DNA of 28,606 bases, from assembly GCF_006345805.1 (NCBI RefSeq), contig NW_021836005.1, forward strand, positions 1-28,606, given 5' to 3'. The notes under the pieces are model-generated. The model did no database searches. It worked only from the letters and a program-made list of their open reading frames with translations, and was not told where the DNA came from. The translations under genes and the position numbers were made by a program. The stretch comes from Octopus sinensis (Eukaryota). Shown piece by piece: positions 1 through 10,450 of the stretch. Within the stretch, counting starts at the first letter, position 1; every line of letters starts with the position of its first letter.

Positions 1-77
1 GTTGGGTTGGGATTGAGATAACTTATTATCGTATTATCGGTTAGTACTCAGTTTAGTTTAGCACACGCACACATTTA

Positions 78-132
78 TTAAGTAGAGCCAGAATTCAATT
101 TGTTTTTTTAATTGAATTCTGGCTCTACTTAA
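78..132. repeat. Perfect 23-bp inverted repeat with 9-nt loop
   Basis: TTAAGTAGAGCCAGAATTCAATT (78-100) is the exact reverse complement of 110-132; loop TGTTTTTTT (101-109). Confidence 0.95.
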
Positions 133-1363
133 GAAGTATTAACACCAAAAAGCAATCTTTATATCAAATGTAGCGTGGATATTCTGTTAAAACAGAGAAT
201 ATTGAGTCACTGTTGTCATTGTTATTTAGTCACCGATTGTTTCTGGGACAAATCTATAACTAAAAGCGTTCATTCAGTCTCTTTACGAATACATAAAGCT
301 ACATTATCCAACGAGTCGTTTCCCCATTTTCTAAGCCGACAGGATATAAGTTGAAGAAGATTTGGCTGCTGTTATTTCTAACATATACAGAAACCTTGAA
401 AACGTTCTCTTGTTGGCTCATGAAACGTGCAAGTTAGCGGAATAAAAAATACTTTAATGGGGGGAGAATTCTAGCTGAAAGCAGTTTGGACAAAGAAAAA
501 TGTGAAAATTATTTAGTACATAGTCAAGCAGAAGAAACTATGACAGCTGAAGGGGAGGAAGAGACGTGGAGGAAGCGATTAGGCTGTGGTAGGCGTAGGA
601 CCGTCCTAAACAAGTTCACAAATAAGGAAATCGTTACTGTCGTTGCTGAGCACCAACTCAAACTTCATCTAACACATCTATAGTCGAAGGCATTCCTTAT
701 CTGACCATTCTGTCTAACATTGTGTAACTAAGTCTACAGGATCTAATGTGTCCTCTCATTAGGACACTGTGGGTTGAATTTGAAGGGAATTACAGCATAA
801 CTCATTATTGTTTTTCTTATTAGTATTGAACTTCAGGTCATCTCCGAACGAGCTTATCTACGATCAAAAGTATTCCAACCGTAACCTGGTGTAATTTGAG
901 GTTGATTTCAGACTACTACTTTTAACGGTTTGAAAGACCTCACAGAGACTCAATAACTGAATCGCACAGAAACTGCTGTACAAGTGGGAAAATGCAGCTA
1001 TATTGTGAGTTAGTGGTGGATGGGGAGAGATGGTGAAAGTATGGCTTGACTATCAAGCAGAATCAAGCAGAAATGATATTTGCACTTTATGATTACATTT
1101 ACAGTAAGAGAATGAACTACCAACAGCCATAGGAATTTCGAATCGATAACATAAATTATTGATTATTTCAAACATCATAGAACACACTTCACAGGAAACA
1201 TTTAGAGGAGTTGGTTTTACAGCAGGTAGAAACTGATAAACGTTTCATTTATTTCACATACAGATTAAATATATAGTTAAACATGAAATGTCTGTGCTAT
1301 AATCAACAGTACTCATATGTGAGGTTTTCATTAGTCCTATAGACTTCAGAGGAGAAGAAACTA

Positions 1364-1830
1364 ACGTTCATTCATTATTTAAGGGCATTAACGAATTATT
1401 TATATCATATATTATCAGCAGTGATGACACCGAAGACTGGATGTTTGAATTCACTTGCACCACGTTTCTAGCCATTTTTACGTTCATTCGTTATTGAAGA
1501 GTTAATAACGGATCATATATTGTCAGCAGTTGATGTGACACCAAAGACTAGGTGTTAGGATACAATTTCATCATCTTTTTGGCTAGTCTTACGATCAATC
1601 ATTATTTAGGAGTATTACCAAATTATTTACATCATTTATTATCTGCATTTGCTGTGACACCGGAGACTAGGTGTTGGGATTCAATCAAAACAGAAGTCAT
1701 TCTTACGTTCATTCATTATTTATGAGTATTAGCGAATTAGTTACAGCATTTATTATCGACAGTTATTATGATACTGAAGACTGGGTGTATAGATTCAATT
1801 ACATAACATTCCTGGTCATAACGGCTATTA
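1364..1830. repeat. Degenerate tandem repeat, about 4 copies of ~111-116 bp
   Basis: Units start ACG(T/A)TCA(T/A)TC at 1364, 1480, 1591, 1705 (partial at 1821); the first four share a GAC/TAC...AGACT(A/G)G(G/A)TGT block. Confidence 0.8.
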
Positions 1831-2833
1831 ATTAATTACCTCCAAGCATTTCTTTCAAATCGTTAAATCCTCAAAGAGTAAAACCAAATCGTTGTTAGTG
1901 TTAATGAGGACATTTATGACATTTATCCGCCGAGTCAGTCCTGACAGAGCAGACCCGAGATAAAAGGTGTTTCAGCAATGAAACATCTTTTGTAGCCTCT
2001 GATATATCTAGAGCTACATTGCGTGATTTCACTGAGCTTTGGTTGCTATTTCCAGCAGGATGAAGGACAGTGTTAATTTGCCCTTGTTGGCGCTTTTGTA
2101 TTTGGAATGCAAATCAGATACTTCAAATGGTAGAACTCAAAACTGGAGTAAATTAAGTGAAATATCTAAAACTGAGATCCAAATATAGAATGCAGTATCG
2201 GCATAGGCCTAGTGAATACCGACTCCTTTAAATCATTTTTCATATATGCAGTTTTACTTGCTACGCCTACACACAAGGGGTCACTTTTATCCGATGCTCA
2301 AGAAAGGGATTAAAATATAAGAAAATTAGAGAGGCGATCAAACCACGTTGTTGATTTGTAGCCAAATCTACTTTATAACCATCAACTGTTTCACTCAGCC
2401 TATTCGAGATGATTGAACGAAATGCAAAGTTGCTACAAAATGTATGTCAAAACAAAATAATTGATATTGGTTTGAACGCAAATGACTTTTTCACCTTAGA
2501 ATACGAAGCCAACAAAGAAGGATTTAAATAATGGACTCTAATGGAAATATATCATTATCACTGCAATCCCCAAACAAATCACATGATCATATGGCAGCAG
2601 TGCCACCGCTGCTCAAAGAATGATATTTACCAATATATATATTTACATATAGCAAGGTTAAGTAGACCAATAAAAATTAGTGAAACGGTCATGGGTACCA
2701 GCGCAGCACCTATTTGACAGGATAATAACTTTCTGCTGAATTGCTGTTACTCTACTCACTCGAGCACTTATGTAATTCACGCGCAAGTCTCACCCCAAAG
2801 CTTCTTATTCTACAGAAATTGCATCAAATGTTA

Positions 2834-2918
<85 letters not shown>
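2834..2918. repeat. Compound (CT)n-(AT)n microsatellite
   Basis: Direct reading. Confidence 0.95.
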
Positions 2919-2921
<3 letters not shown>

Positions 2922-2922
<1 letters not shown>

Positions 2923-3336
2923 GAGTGGCTGTGCGGTAATTAGGTTGCTTACTAACCACATAGTTCCGGGTTCAGTCCCATTGCGTGGCACCTTGGGCAA
3001 GCGTCTTCTACTAATAGCCTCGTGCCGACCAAAGCCTTGTGAGTGGATTTGGTTGACTGAAACTGAAAGAAGCCCATCGTATATATGCGTGTGTGCGTGT
3101 GTGTGTATGTGTTTCTGTTCTGTGTTTGTCACCCCAACATTGCTTGACAACCGATGCTGGTGTGCTTACGTCCCCGTAACTTAGCGGTTCGGTAAAAGAG
3201 ACCGATAGAATAAGTATTAGGCTTACAAAGAATAAGTTCAGGAGTCGATTTGCTCGACTAAAGGCGGTGCTCCAGCATGGCCGCAGTCAAATTACTGAAA
3301 CAAGTAAAAGAATAAACGAATAAAAGAATAAAAGAA
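2922..3336 (+). mobile_element. tRNA-derived SINE (octopus OR/OK-type), near full length
   Basis: Pol III A-box-like TGGCTGTGCGG and B-box-like GGTTCAGTCCC; central GGCACCTTGGGCAAG...AAAGCCTTGTGAGTGGATTTGG; internal (TG)n; tail ACTGAAACAAGTAAAAGA plus (GAATAAAA)n. Collinear with copies at 4103, 22634 and 25799. Confidence 0.9.
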
Positions 3337-3340
3337 GATA

Positions 3341-3587
3341 TAGTCCTGACCAAAATTTTGGAACATAGGTCTGCAAATTACAATATATATTTTAAGTGAG
3401 CAAAGTTATATTTAATTTGCAATATATCGTTACTTGGCCAAAAGTTTGGAACGTCGGTTTGAAAATTAGAAATTTTATATTAAATGCCCAAACTTACATT
3501 TGATTTGCAGTTCAGTATATTATTATTACTTACAGTAATATGGTAGGTATAACAATTTTAATTTAGGAAAACCGTTCCTAACTTTTG
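3341..3587. mobile_element. Possible Tc1-like MITE remnant
   Basis: CCAAAA(T/G)TTTGGAAC at ~3350 and ~3438, with a reverse-complement-like CCGTTCCTAACTTTTG at 3572-3587; resembles Tc1-type TIR starts. Confidence 0.3.
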
Positions 3588-3728
3588 TATATACACACAC
3601 ACACACACACATGTATATATATATTGGTAGAAATGGTAAGACAACAAAAGAATGAAAGAAACCATGATATTATTTAAATAAAGGAATTTATCTGTAAATA
3701 AAATATGTGACAATTATTCGATAGCTAT

Positions 3729-3788
3729 GATAAAACTCCGAGTTTCGGATGTCGGGGCGGTACCCACGCCGCCATCTCTTCAGTTATC
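3729..3788 (-). ncRNA. Minimal type I hammerhead ribozyme-like motif
   Basis: Minus strand: GATAA-CTGAAGA-[GATGGCGG...CCGCC...CATCC]-GAAA-CTCGGAGT-T-TTATC. Stem I GATAA/TTATC, near-palindromic stem III ACTCGGAGT, GUU site. Confidence 0.6.
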
Positions 3789-3818
3789 GGACCATCGATA
3801 GCATTTTTTCGATGGCCC

Positions 3819-3879
3819 GATAGCTGAAGAGTTGGCGGTGTGGGTTTCCGCCTGGACATCCGAAACTCGGAGTTTTATC
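3819..3879 (+). ncRNA. Minimal type I hammerhead ribozyme-like motif (mirror copy)
   Basis: GATAG-CTGAAGA(3824-3830)-stem II-GAAA(3862-3865)-CTCGGAGT-T-TTATC; stem I includes a G.U pair. Confidence 0.55.
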
Positions 3880-3936
3880 ATAGCTATCGAATAATTGTCA
3901 CATATATTTACAGATATATATATATATATTTGTATG

Positions 3937-3986
<50 letters not shown>

Positions 3987-4102
3987 CATATATACATACA
4001 TACATACACAAACAGATACACACATGCACATACGCACACATAGTATCTATGTATGTATGTAGACATATATGTATATGTATCATATAAATATATATTGAGG
4101 TA

Positions 4103-4473
4103 GGTGCAGGAGTGGCTGTGTGGTAAGTAGGTTGCTTACCAACCACATGGTTCTGGGTTCAGTCCCACTGCGTGGCACCTTGGGCAAGTGTCTTCTACTA
4201 TAGTCTCGGGCCGACCAAGTATAGTGACGGAAACTGAAAGAAGCCCGTCGTAGATATATATGTGTGTATGTGTGTGTGTGTGTGTTTGTGTTTGTCTCCC
4301 CTCCCCACAACATCGCTTAACAACCGATGCTGGAGTGTTTACGTCCCCGTAACGTAGCAGACCGATAGAATAAATATTAGGCTTTTACAAAGAATAAGTC
4401 CTGGGGTCAATTTGCTCGACTAAAGGTGGTGCTCCATCATGACCGCAGTCAAAAGACTCTGAAACAAGTAAAA

Positions 4474-4476
<3 letters not shown>
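4103..4476 (+). mobile_element. tRNA-derived SINE, same family as 2922-3336, with internal deletions
   Basis: GGTGCAGGAGTGGCTGTGTGGTAAG head; lacks the GCCTTGTGAGTGGATTTG block seen in the other copies; same 3' tail. Confidence 0.9.
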
Positions 4477-4511
<35 letters not shown>

Positions 4512-4630
4512 TATATATATATAATTCACTCCATTTACGTATATGAACACACACACATATATAAATCAGTCCATATATATATATATGTACATACATACAT
4601 ATACACACATATATATATATATATTATATA

Positions 4631-4668
<38 letters not shown>

Positions 4669-4839
4669 AATATTAGGGAATAAATCCAAATTTACAGGGA
4701 AAAAATCAGATTTAGGATTAAATCGATTTTATAGTAAAATATTATAAAATATTATTCGAGACAAAACCACTATTTTGCAAAACAAACAAGGAAAGACTTA
4801 ATCAAACATAAAATTTTAATAAATAGTCAAAAAAAACCG

Positions 4840-4882
4840 CCACTACAATCGTTTCTTGTCTTGATCGACAATCTTCAGGTGG
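4840..4882 (-). ncRNA. Minimal type I hammerhead ribozyme, intact core
   Basis: Minus strand: CCAC-CTGAAGA-TTGTC-GATCAA-GACAA-GAAA-CGATTGT-A-GTGG. Stem I CCAC/GTGG, stem II TTGTC/GACAA, GUA site. Confidence 0.75.
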
Positions 4883-4943
4883 ACTTCCAATAATTCAGTG
4901 TCAAATTATGAACTTCATAATTTGACACTGAATTATTGGAAGT

Positions 4944-4984
4944 CCACCTGAAGATTGTCGATCAAGACAAGACGATTGTAGTGG
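4944..4984 (+). ncRNA. Hammerhead mirror copy with 2-nt deletion in the GAAA core (predicted inactive)
   Basis: CCAC-CTGAAGA-TTGTC-GATCAA-GACAA-GA-CGATTGT-A-GTGG; identical to the left copy except for the missing AA. Confidence 0.7.
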
Positions 4985-5099
4985 CGGTTTTTTTGACTAT
5001 TTATTAAAATTTTATGTATTGATTAAGTCTTTCCTTGTTTGTTTTGCAAAATAGTGGTTTTGTCTCGAATAATATTTTATATATATATATATATATTAT

Positions 5100-5143
<44 letters not shown>

Positions 5144-5239
5144 GTGTGTGTGTGTGTTCTGTGTGTTGTGTGTGGTGTGTGTGTGTGTGTGTGTTTGTAT
5201 TGTGTGTGATATGTAAAGTAAATAGAAAATGTAAGGGGT

Positions 5240-5700
5240 TTTTGCGGCGAAAGTGAACTTGGATCATTCGATAATCGACTCACTTGCCAGGAGCTTACTT
5301 CTGGCTCTATAGTATTCGCCACTCTGTTTGCATTATATATTAATCACGCTTCAACTGAAGAGCTCTTTCAATGTTTGTATTTCATATTACTGATATCTGT
5401 AGAACTTAAGTGCTGCTTAGATGTCGATGTGTGCCGTCTGTAATATCTCCTCTAAAGAGATGTTTAGCTATTTACCTAATGTATCAGCAATGTCTTCCCT
5501 CAAGAGATACACATATATACCTCGCGGTTTATATTACGCATTAGCTGTGTCTAAACTACAACCACAAGTAGGTGCTTTCTGTGAGGCGTAATAAATTTCT
5601 AAATTGTTGAGTCGTAACCATCCCGGGTAATATTATCTAGAATGATTAAGAGATCAGGTTATGGTTAGGGCTGATAACACTCAGACTTAATGTCAGATTT
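5240..5700 (-). pseudogene. Possible highly decayed Penelope GIY-YIG-region fragment
   Basis: Manual minus-strand translation gives ...FS*SVINI*CKQSGEYYRARS..., loosely resembling the CxxCGExYIGQT stretch of PLE endonucleases; many stops; next to a hammerhead foldback. Confidence 0.25.
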
Positions 5701-5854
5701 GATGATAATTTACTTCACTTATACCGTTAATGCATAACATATTTGCATTATTTTCCTTTTTCTACAAAACGGTGACTTAGTAAGACATAATTATATAAAA
5801 CATTGTAGCAGCGCAGCAATTTCTCTCTTTCTTCTCCCCCTTTCTCTCTGTGTG

Positions 5855-5889
5855 TGTCTCTCACTCTCATATATATATATATATATGTG

Positions 5890-5959
<70 letters not shown>

Positions 5960-5975
5960 CGTGTGTGTGTATATG

Positions 5976-6009
<34 letters not shown>

Positions 6010-6259
6010 ATATATTATATATGTTTACACATATATATATAAACATACATACATTTGTGTCTGTATGAATACGCACGCGTATCTTTCTGTCTATCTATCT
6101 ATCTATCTAGCTATCTATATGCATATATATGTACATATATATTTACACATATAATTTTCTATATGTCTATGTCTGTGTCAATATGTTGAATGTTTGTATG
6201 CATATATGTGCATCTATATATATGATGCATATACATAAATAGAAAACGTACATACACAC

Positions 6260-6317
<58 letters not shown>

Positions 6318-6620
6318 ATCTATGTGCACATATATAATATATATATATATATATATTATATATACGTCTTTATACATATGTATATATGTATAATATACAT
6401 ATGTATGTATATATATATATATATCTATGTATATATGTATATGTATAATATGTGCATATATAAATGTATATATGAATATATATGAATATATATACACACA
6501 AACATATATATACATACACACGCACATATATATATACATACACACACACACATATGCACAAATGCTCGCACACATGTGGGCGCGCGCGCAGACACACACA
6601 TATACACAGATATATATATA
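5855..6620. repeat. AT/AC-rich low-complexity microsatellite field
   Basis: Interrupted (AT)n, (ATAC)n, (ATCT)n and (AC)n runs. Confidence 0.95.
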
Positions 6621-6688
6621 AGCTTCGATAATCTTAGATATATGTAAATATTAACCGCGCATGTTTCTATCAGTCACTCTCTCTTACC

Positions 6689-6730
<42 letters not shown>

Positions 6731-6872
6731 GCTATGCACATATATGTATATATGAATACATACTTACATATAAATTACTCACTCACTGATGTATAACAAG
6801 CATGTACAGAAGCATATCATCTGTGAGAATGTATATAGATATTTTGTTTGTATGTATGTGTATATATATAAG

Positions 6873-7033
6873 TTTGAAAAAGGAAAGGAATGACTTCACT
6901 GGTAGCTCTAAACAATTTAATTTTCTAATAATATAATTTTAGAGTTTAATCTAAAAATCAATCTGTCAAATTATATTATCAGAGAATTAAATTGGTCAGT
7001 ACTACCCGTGAAGTCATTCCTTCCTTTTTCAAA
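6873..7033. repeat. ~160-bp diverged inverted repeat in AT-repeat context
   Basis: TTTGAAAAAGGAAAGGAATGACTTCACTGGTAG pairs with CTACCCGTGAAGTCATTCCTTCCTTTTTCAAA; inner AATTTAATTTTCTAATAATATAATTT pairs with AAATTATATTATCAGAGAATTAAATT. Confidence 0.85.
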
Positions 7034-7065
7034 TATACTAACTCTACCAAAGACCTCACACATTT

Positions 7066-7120
<55 letters not shown>

Positions 7121-7163
7121 ATGCATATATATATATGTGTGTGTGTGTTTGTGTGTGTGTATC

Positions 7164-7199
<36 letters not shown>

Positions 7200-7215
7200 A
7201 AATAGCGGCAATATA

Positions 7216-7268
<53 letters not shown>

Positions 7269-8347
7269 CATACATAAAATATGTACTTATACACATATCT
7301 ATAGGATTTCAGCATCCAACACACATATACGAATATACACATATTTTCACTTATACATGCATACAACCATCCATCCATACATACATACATACACGCACAC
7401 ACATATAGGTCGATAGATATATAAATACATACACATAGCTAAATAAGCTTACATGCATATCTGTACATACACACAAACGCATGTGTATATGTGTATGTTT
7501 ATGCACATTTAGCTGAATCTCAAGCCCGTTGCGAATTCCCAAGTTTAATCTGTTTACATTGCTTGTTCCTCTATTGGCCGTAGTAAATCATGTTCATCAC
7601 ACAATCCTTGTAACCTAAATCGTCCAATTAATTTAGAAAATATATAAATAATCGTCAATATATAAGAGAAAGAAGAAGAGGTAAATGAAGAAGACAGAGT
7701 GAGAGAGATGGAAGAGGAGAACTATTGGGATTTGTGGTTGCTATAGCGAGTGTTAAAGATAGCAGCAGTAAATCATATAGTTTGTGTTTGTGTGTTAGAA
7801 ATGGCAAATAGCGTTCTATGACTGCTTAGAAGAGCGTTTACAAGTGTCAGTATAGAATATGTCGTTTTTATACGCTGCAATCTATGGAAGACATAGATCG
7901 CACAAATAGTTGGTCAGTAATGCATTATGGGAGATTGCAAGAGATTAAATTATTTTTCAATTTCCCTTAGCAGCTCCTAAAATTGATCCATCATATTTAC
8001 CTGATATTAAGAGGAAGTTAATATTTTCCTTTCAAAGATTGTTTTCAATTTCCTTATCTTGGCTTTTAGACCAATTCTTTTATTGCTTTCAGAAAAATAG
8101 TTGTTATTAGAATTTGAAAAGAAAAGCAAGAAGAATCAAGAGCAAGCAAAAATATTCCTCAGATAAAATAAGGAAAACCAAAGCGTAGCACATCTATATT
8201 GTAATCATTTCCTAGTCATGCATAATATTGACTTGGTCACTTTTGATGATGGTTCTCCACGATCCGAATTTATCAACACTCCCACCCCACCCCTAAAAGA
8301 AAAAGAAACGATCGTCTCTCATTCCTATGCAGTAGTTTTAATTAATA

Positions 8348-8738
8348 CTAGTAGTATCGCCCGGCGTTGCTCGGGTTTGTTTCGTCCCTTTAGAATTGAA
8401 ATTTTTGAAAAGTAAAAAATTTGCACTATGTAGCTTGTTATTCTCTTTAAGTGAACATTTTTCTGGTTGAAATACACCCAAAAATGGCGACACAGCACTT
8501 AAAAAATCGTAAAAAATAGGGATTTTCATAGAAAAAAAGCACCTTTTTGATGTAAATAATTTTTGGTGTTAACATGGTCCGATTTGAAGTTTTCTTCTAC
8601 TGAAGGAAGAGCAAGCCTTATTCTATCATACTCTCAATTTTGGTCAACTTGCGCCGCAGGGTCTCGGAGGAGATAGTGTTAGTTGAAGGCTACCAAACCT
8701 GCCATACACAGACAACTTCAGCTTTATATATAGAGAGA
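8348..8738 (-). mobile_element. Non-autonomous Helitron, 391 bp
   Basis: Minus strand starts TC (8738-8737), ends CTAG (8351-8348), subterminal CCCGAGCAACGCCGGG hairpin (8375-8360) 8 nt before CTAG, inserted between A and T without TSD. Confidence 0.88.
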
Positions 8739-9355
8739 TTTTCGTAACTCTCTTTGGATTGTATCTTTAAATCTAAAAATTCCCCTACTTTGATATGTGA
8801 CGACGGGTGAGCAACTTGCCTCCTTAACGTAGTTTTTGCTTTTAACAACTTTGCAGACAATCCATGTGCAGCTGTAGATGATTTTGAAAGCTTTTTTTAA
8901 TAAATGATTATTCCTCATGTTTCTTTCAACAACAACCATCATCATGGAAGCTCATTATAAATTGTGTTCCGACCGTGACTATCTTGCCTATGGTGTCAAA
9001 CATACTATACCAACAACTACATTACTCAGTATATACGTCTTATTTTTTAAAGTCGGTGTCGTTTAAGGGGAATATAGCTGTTATTTCTTGTAAATTTAGT
9101 GAATATTTTATGGTACAAATGGTAATCTCTCCAAAAACAGGATTATGAAGTAAAACATTCAGTTTGATACTTATGCAAAATAGATTGTTGGACAAAATGA
9201 CATTCTATAACATGATTTTTTATTCTGTAAATTAATAGAAATTAACAATACATAAACACACACTCACACACGCACACACACATGCAAGAAAAATTATAAC
9301 CTACGCATGCAGGCACAAATATTACAGACACACACAAAGACAAAAATATACATGC

Positions 9356-9396
<41 letters not shown>

Positions 9397-9442
9397 GTCA
9401 TGTATATATGAATATATTACACATATACACATATATATTCAC

Positions 9443-9477
<35 letters not shown>

Positions 9478-9689
9478 CATATACAATATACATACATATA
9501 AATAAATAAGTATATATATATATATATGTATATATACACACAACACATACATATATAGATATATTTACACACACATTTATGTGCATGTAGAGAAATGTTT
9601 CAACCAAGATATATACCCTTATATGGACGCGAACAAACATGTGTGTGTTTGTGTGTTGTGTGTGTGGTGTGTCTATGTATGTATGTATG

Positions 9690-9745
9690 TATATATTTAT
9701 ATATATATAAATATATCGACATATATTTTATATGCACGCACAAAA

Positions 9746-9798
<53 letters not shown>

Positions 9799-9832
9799 GT
9801 AATATACAACACATATATATTTACGTACATAC

Positions 9833-9879
<47 letters not shown>

Positions 9880-9883
9880 ATAA

Positions 9884-9920
<37 letters not shown>

Positions 9921-9960
9921 ATTATTAATATATATATATATATAGAGAGGAGAGAGAGAG
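9690..9960. repeat. Interrupted (AT)n field ending in (AG)n
   Basis: Direct reading. Confidence 0.95.
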
Positions 9961-10411
9961 AAGAAAAGAGGGTGAGGGACATGAAATGGACAGAAAGGAA
10001 TGGATATTAATATACATATATGCATATGTTGCATATATATTTATGCATAGTAATTTGTACACACCTTTCTATTTATCTCTCTCTGTCTGTTTTTCTTTCT
10101 CTTCACGAATAAATACAAAGCAAAAGGAATATACTGGTATGGTATATATATATTATGAAATAAATAACTTGAGTTTCAGCCACGGGATTTGAGATGAAAC
10201 TCTTGCCAAATGCGTATCACTAACTTACTAGACAGCCATGTAGGTATGTATATCTGCCTTATTAGAAATATATATATATATATACGTGTGTGTATGTACA
10301 TGAGTGTGTGTGTGTGTATGGTGAATGAGAAAGAGCAAGAAAAACGACCAGTGGGACAAGTTTTCAGAAAGTTCTTCTTACTCTCACGTTTGAACAGAAA
10401 AGGAGAAGAGG

Positions 10412-10450
10412 TTTTTGACATTTCGGACATTAGATTCCTTCATTAGGAAA
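10412..10450 (-). ncRNA. Degenerate hammerhead-like motif in probable Penelope-type remnant
   Basis: Minus strand: CTAATGA-A-GGA-ATCTAATG-TCC-GAAA-TGTC-AAAAA; core G5>A, weak stem I; same architecture and purine-rich flank as 24053-24090. Confidence 0.4.

Larger units (their letters stand above)
3620..3916. mobile_element. Foldback element (probable non-autonomous Penelope-like derivative) with two divergent hammerhead motifs
   Basis: Arms ~3689-3798 and ~3809-3916; 3703-3753 is the exact reverse complement of 3855-3905; about 70-bp unpaired left extension; AT-repeat flanks. Confidence 0.75.
4670..5081. mobile_element. ~340-bp near-perfect palindrome (probable non-autonomous Penelope-like foldback) with two divergent hammerhead motifs
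   Basis: Centre C4913; 4854-4912 and 4914-4972 are perfect reverse complements; arms extend to ~4743 and ~5081 with small indels; about 70-bp unpaired left extension; (TA)n on both sides. Confidence 0.8.

Noticed and set aside
486-683. 65-aa ORF
   Set aside because: Non-ATG start, no motif, overlaps a repeat-like fragment.
1364-1830. CRISPR-like array
   Set aside because: Eukaryotic context, repeats too degenerate, inter-block sequences related to each other, no cas genes.
2290-2530. Protein-like plus-strand stretch (...MIERNAKLLQNVCQNKIIDIG...)
   Set aside because: Short, interrupted by stops, no family recognised.
2922-2995. tRNA genes at SINE heads (also 18900-18974 and 22975-23045)
   Set aside because: A and B boxes present but no full cloverleaf, and each continues into a SINE body.
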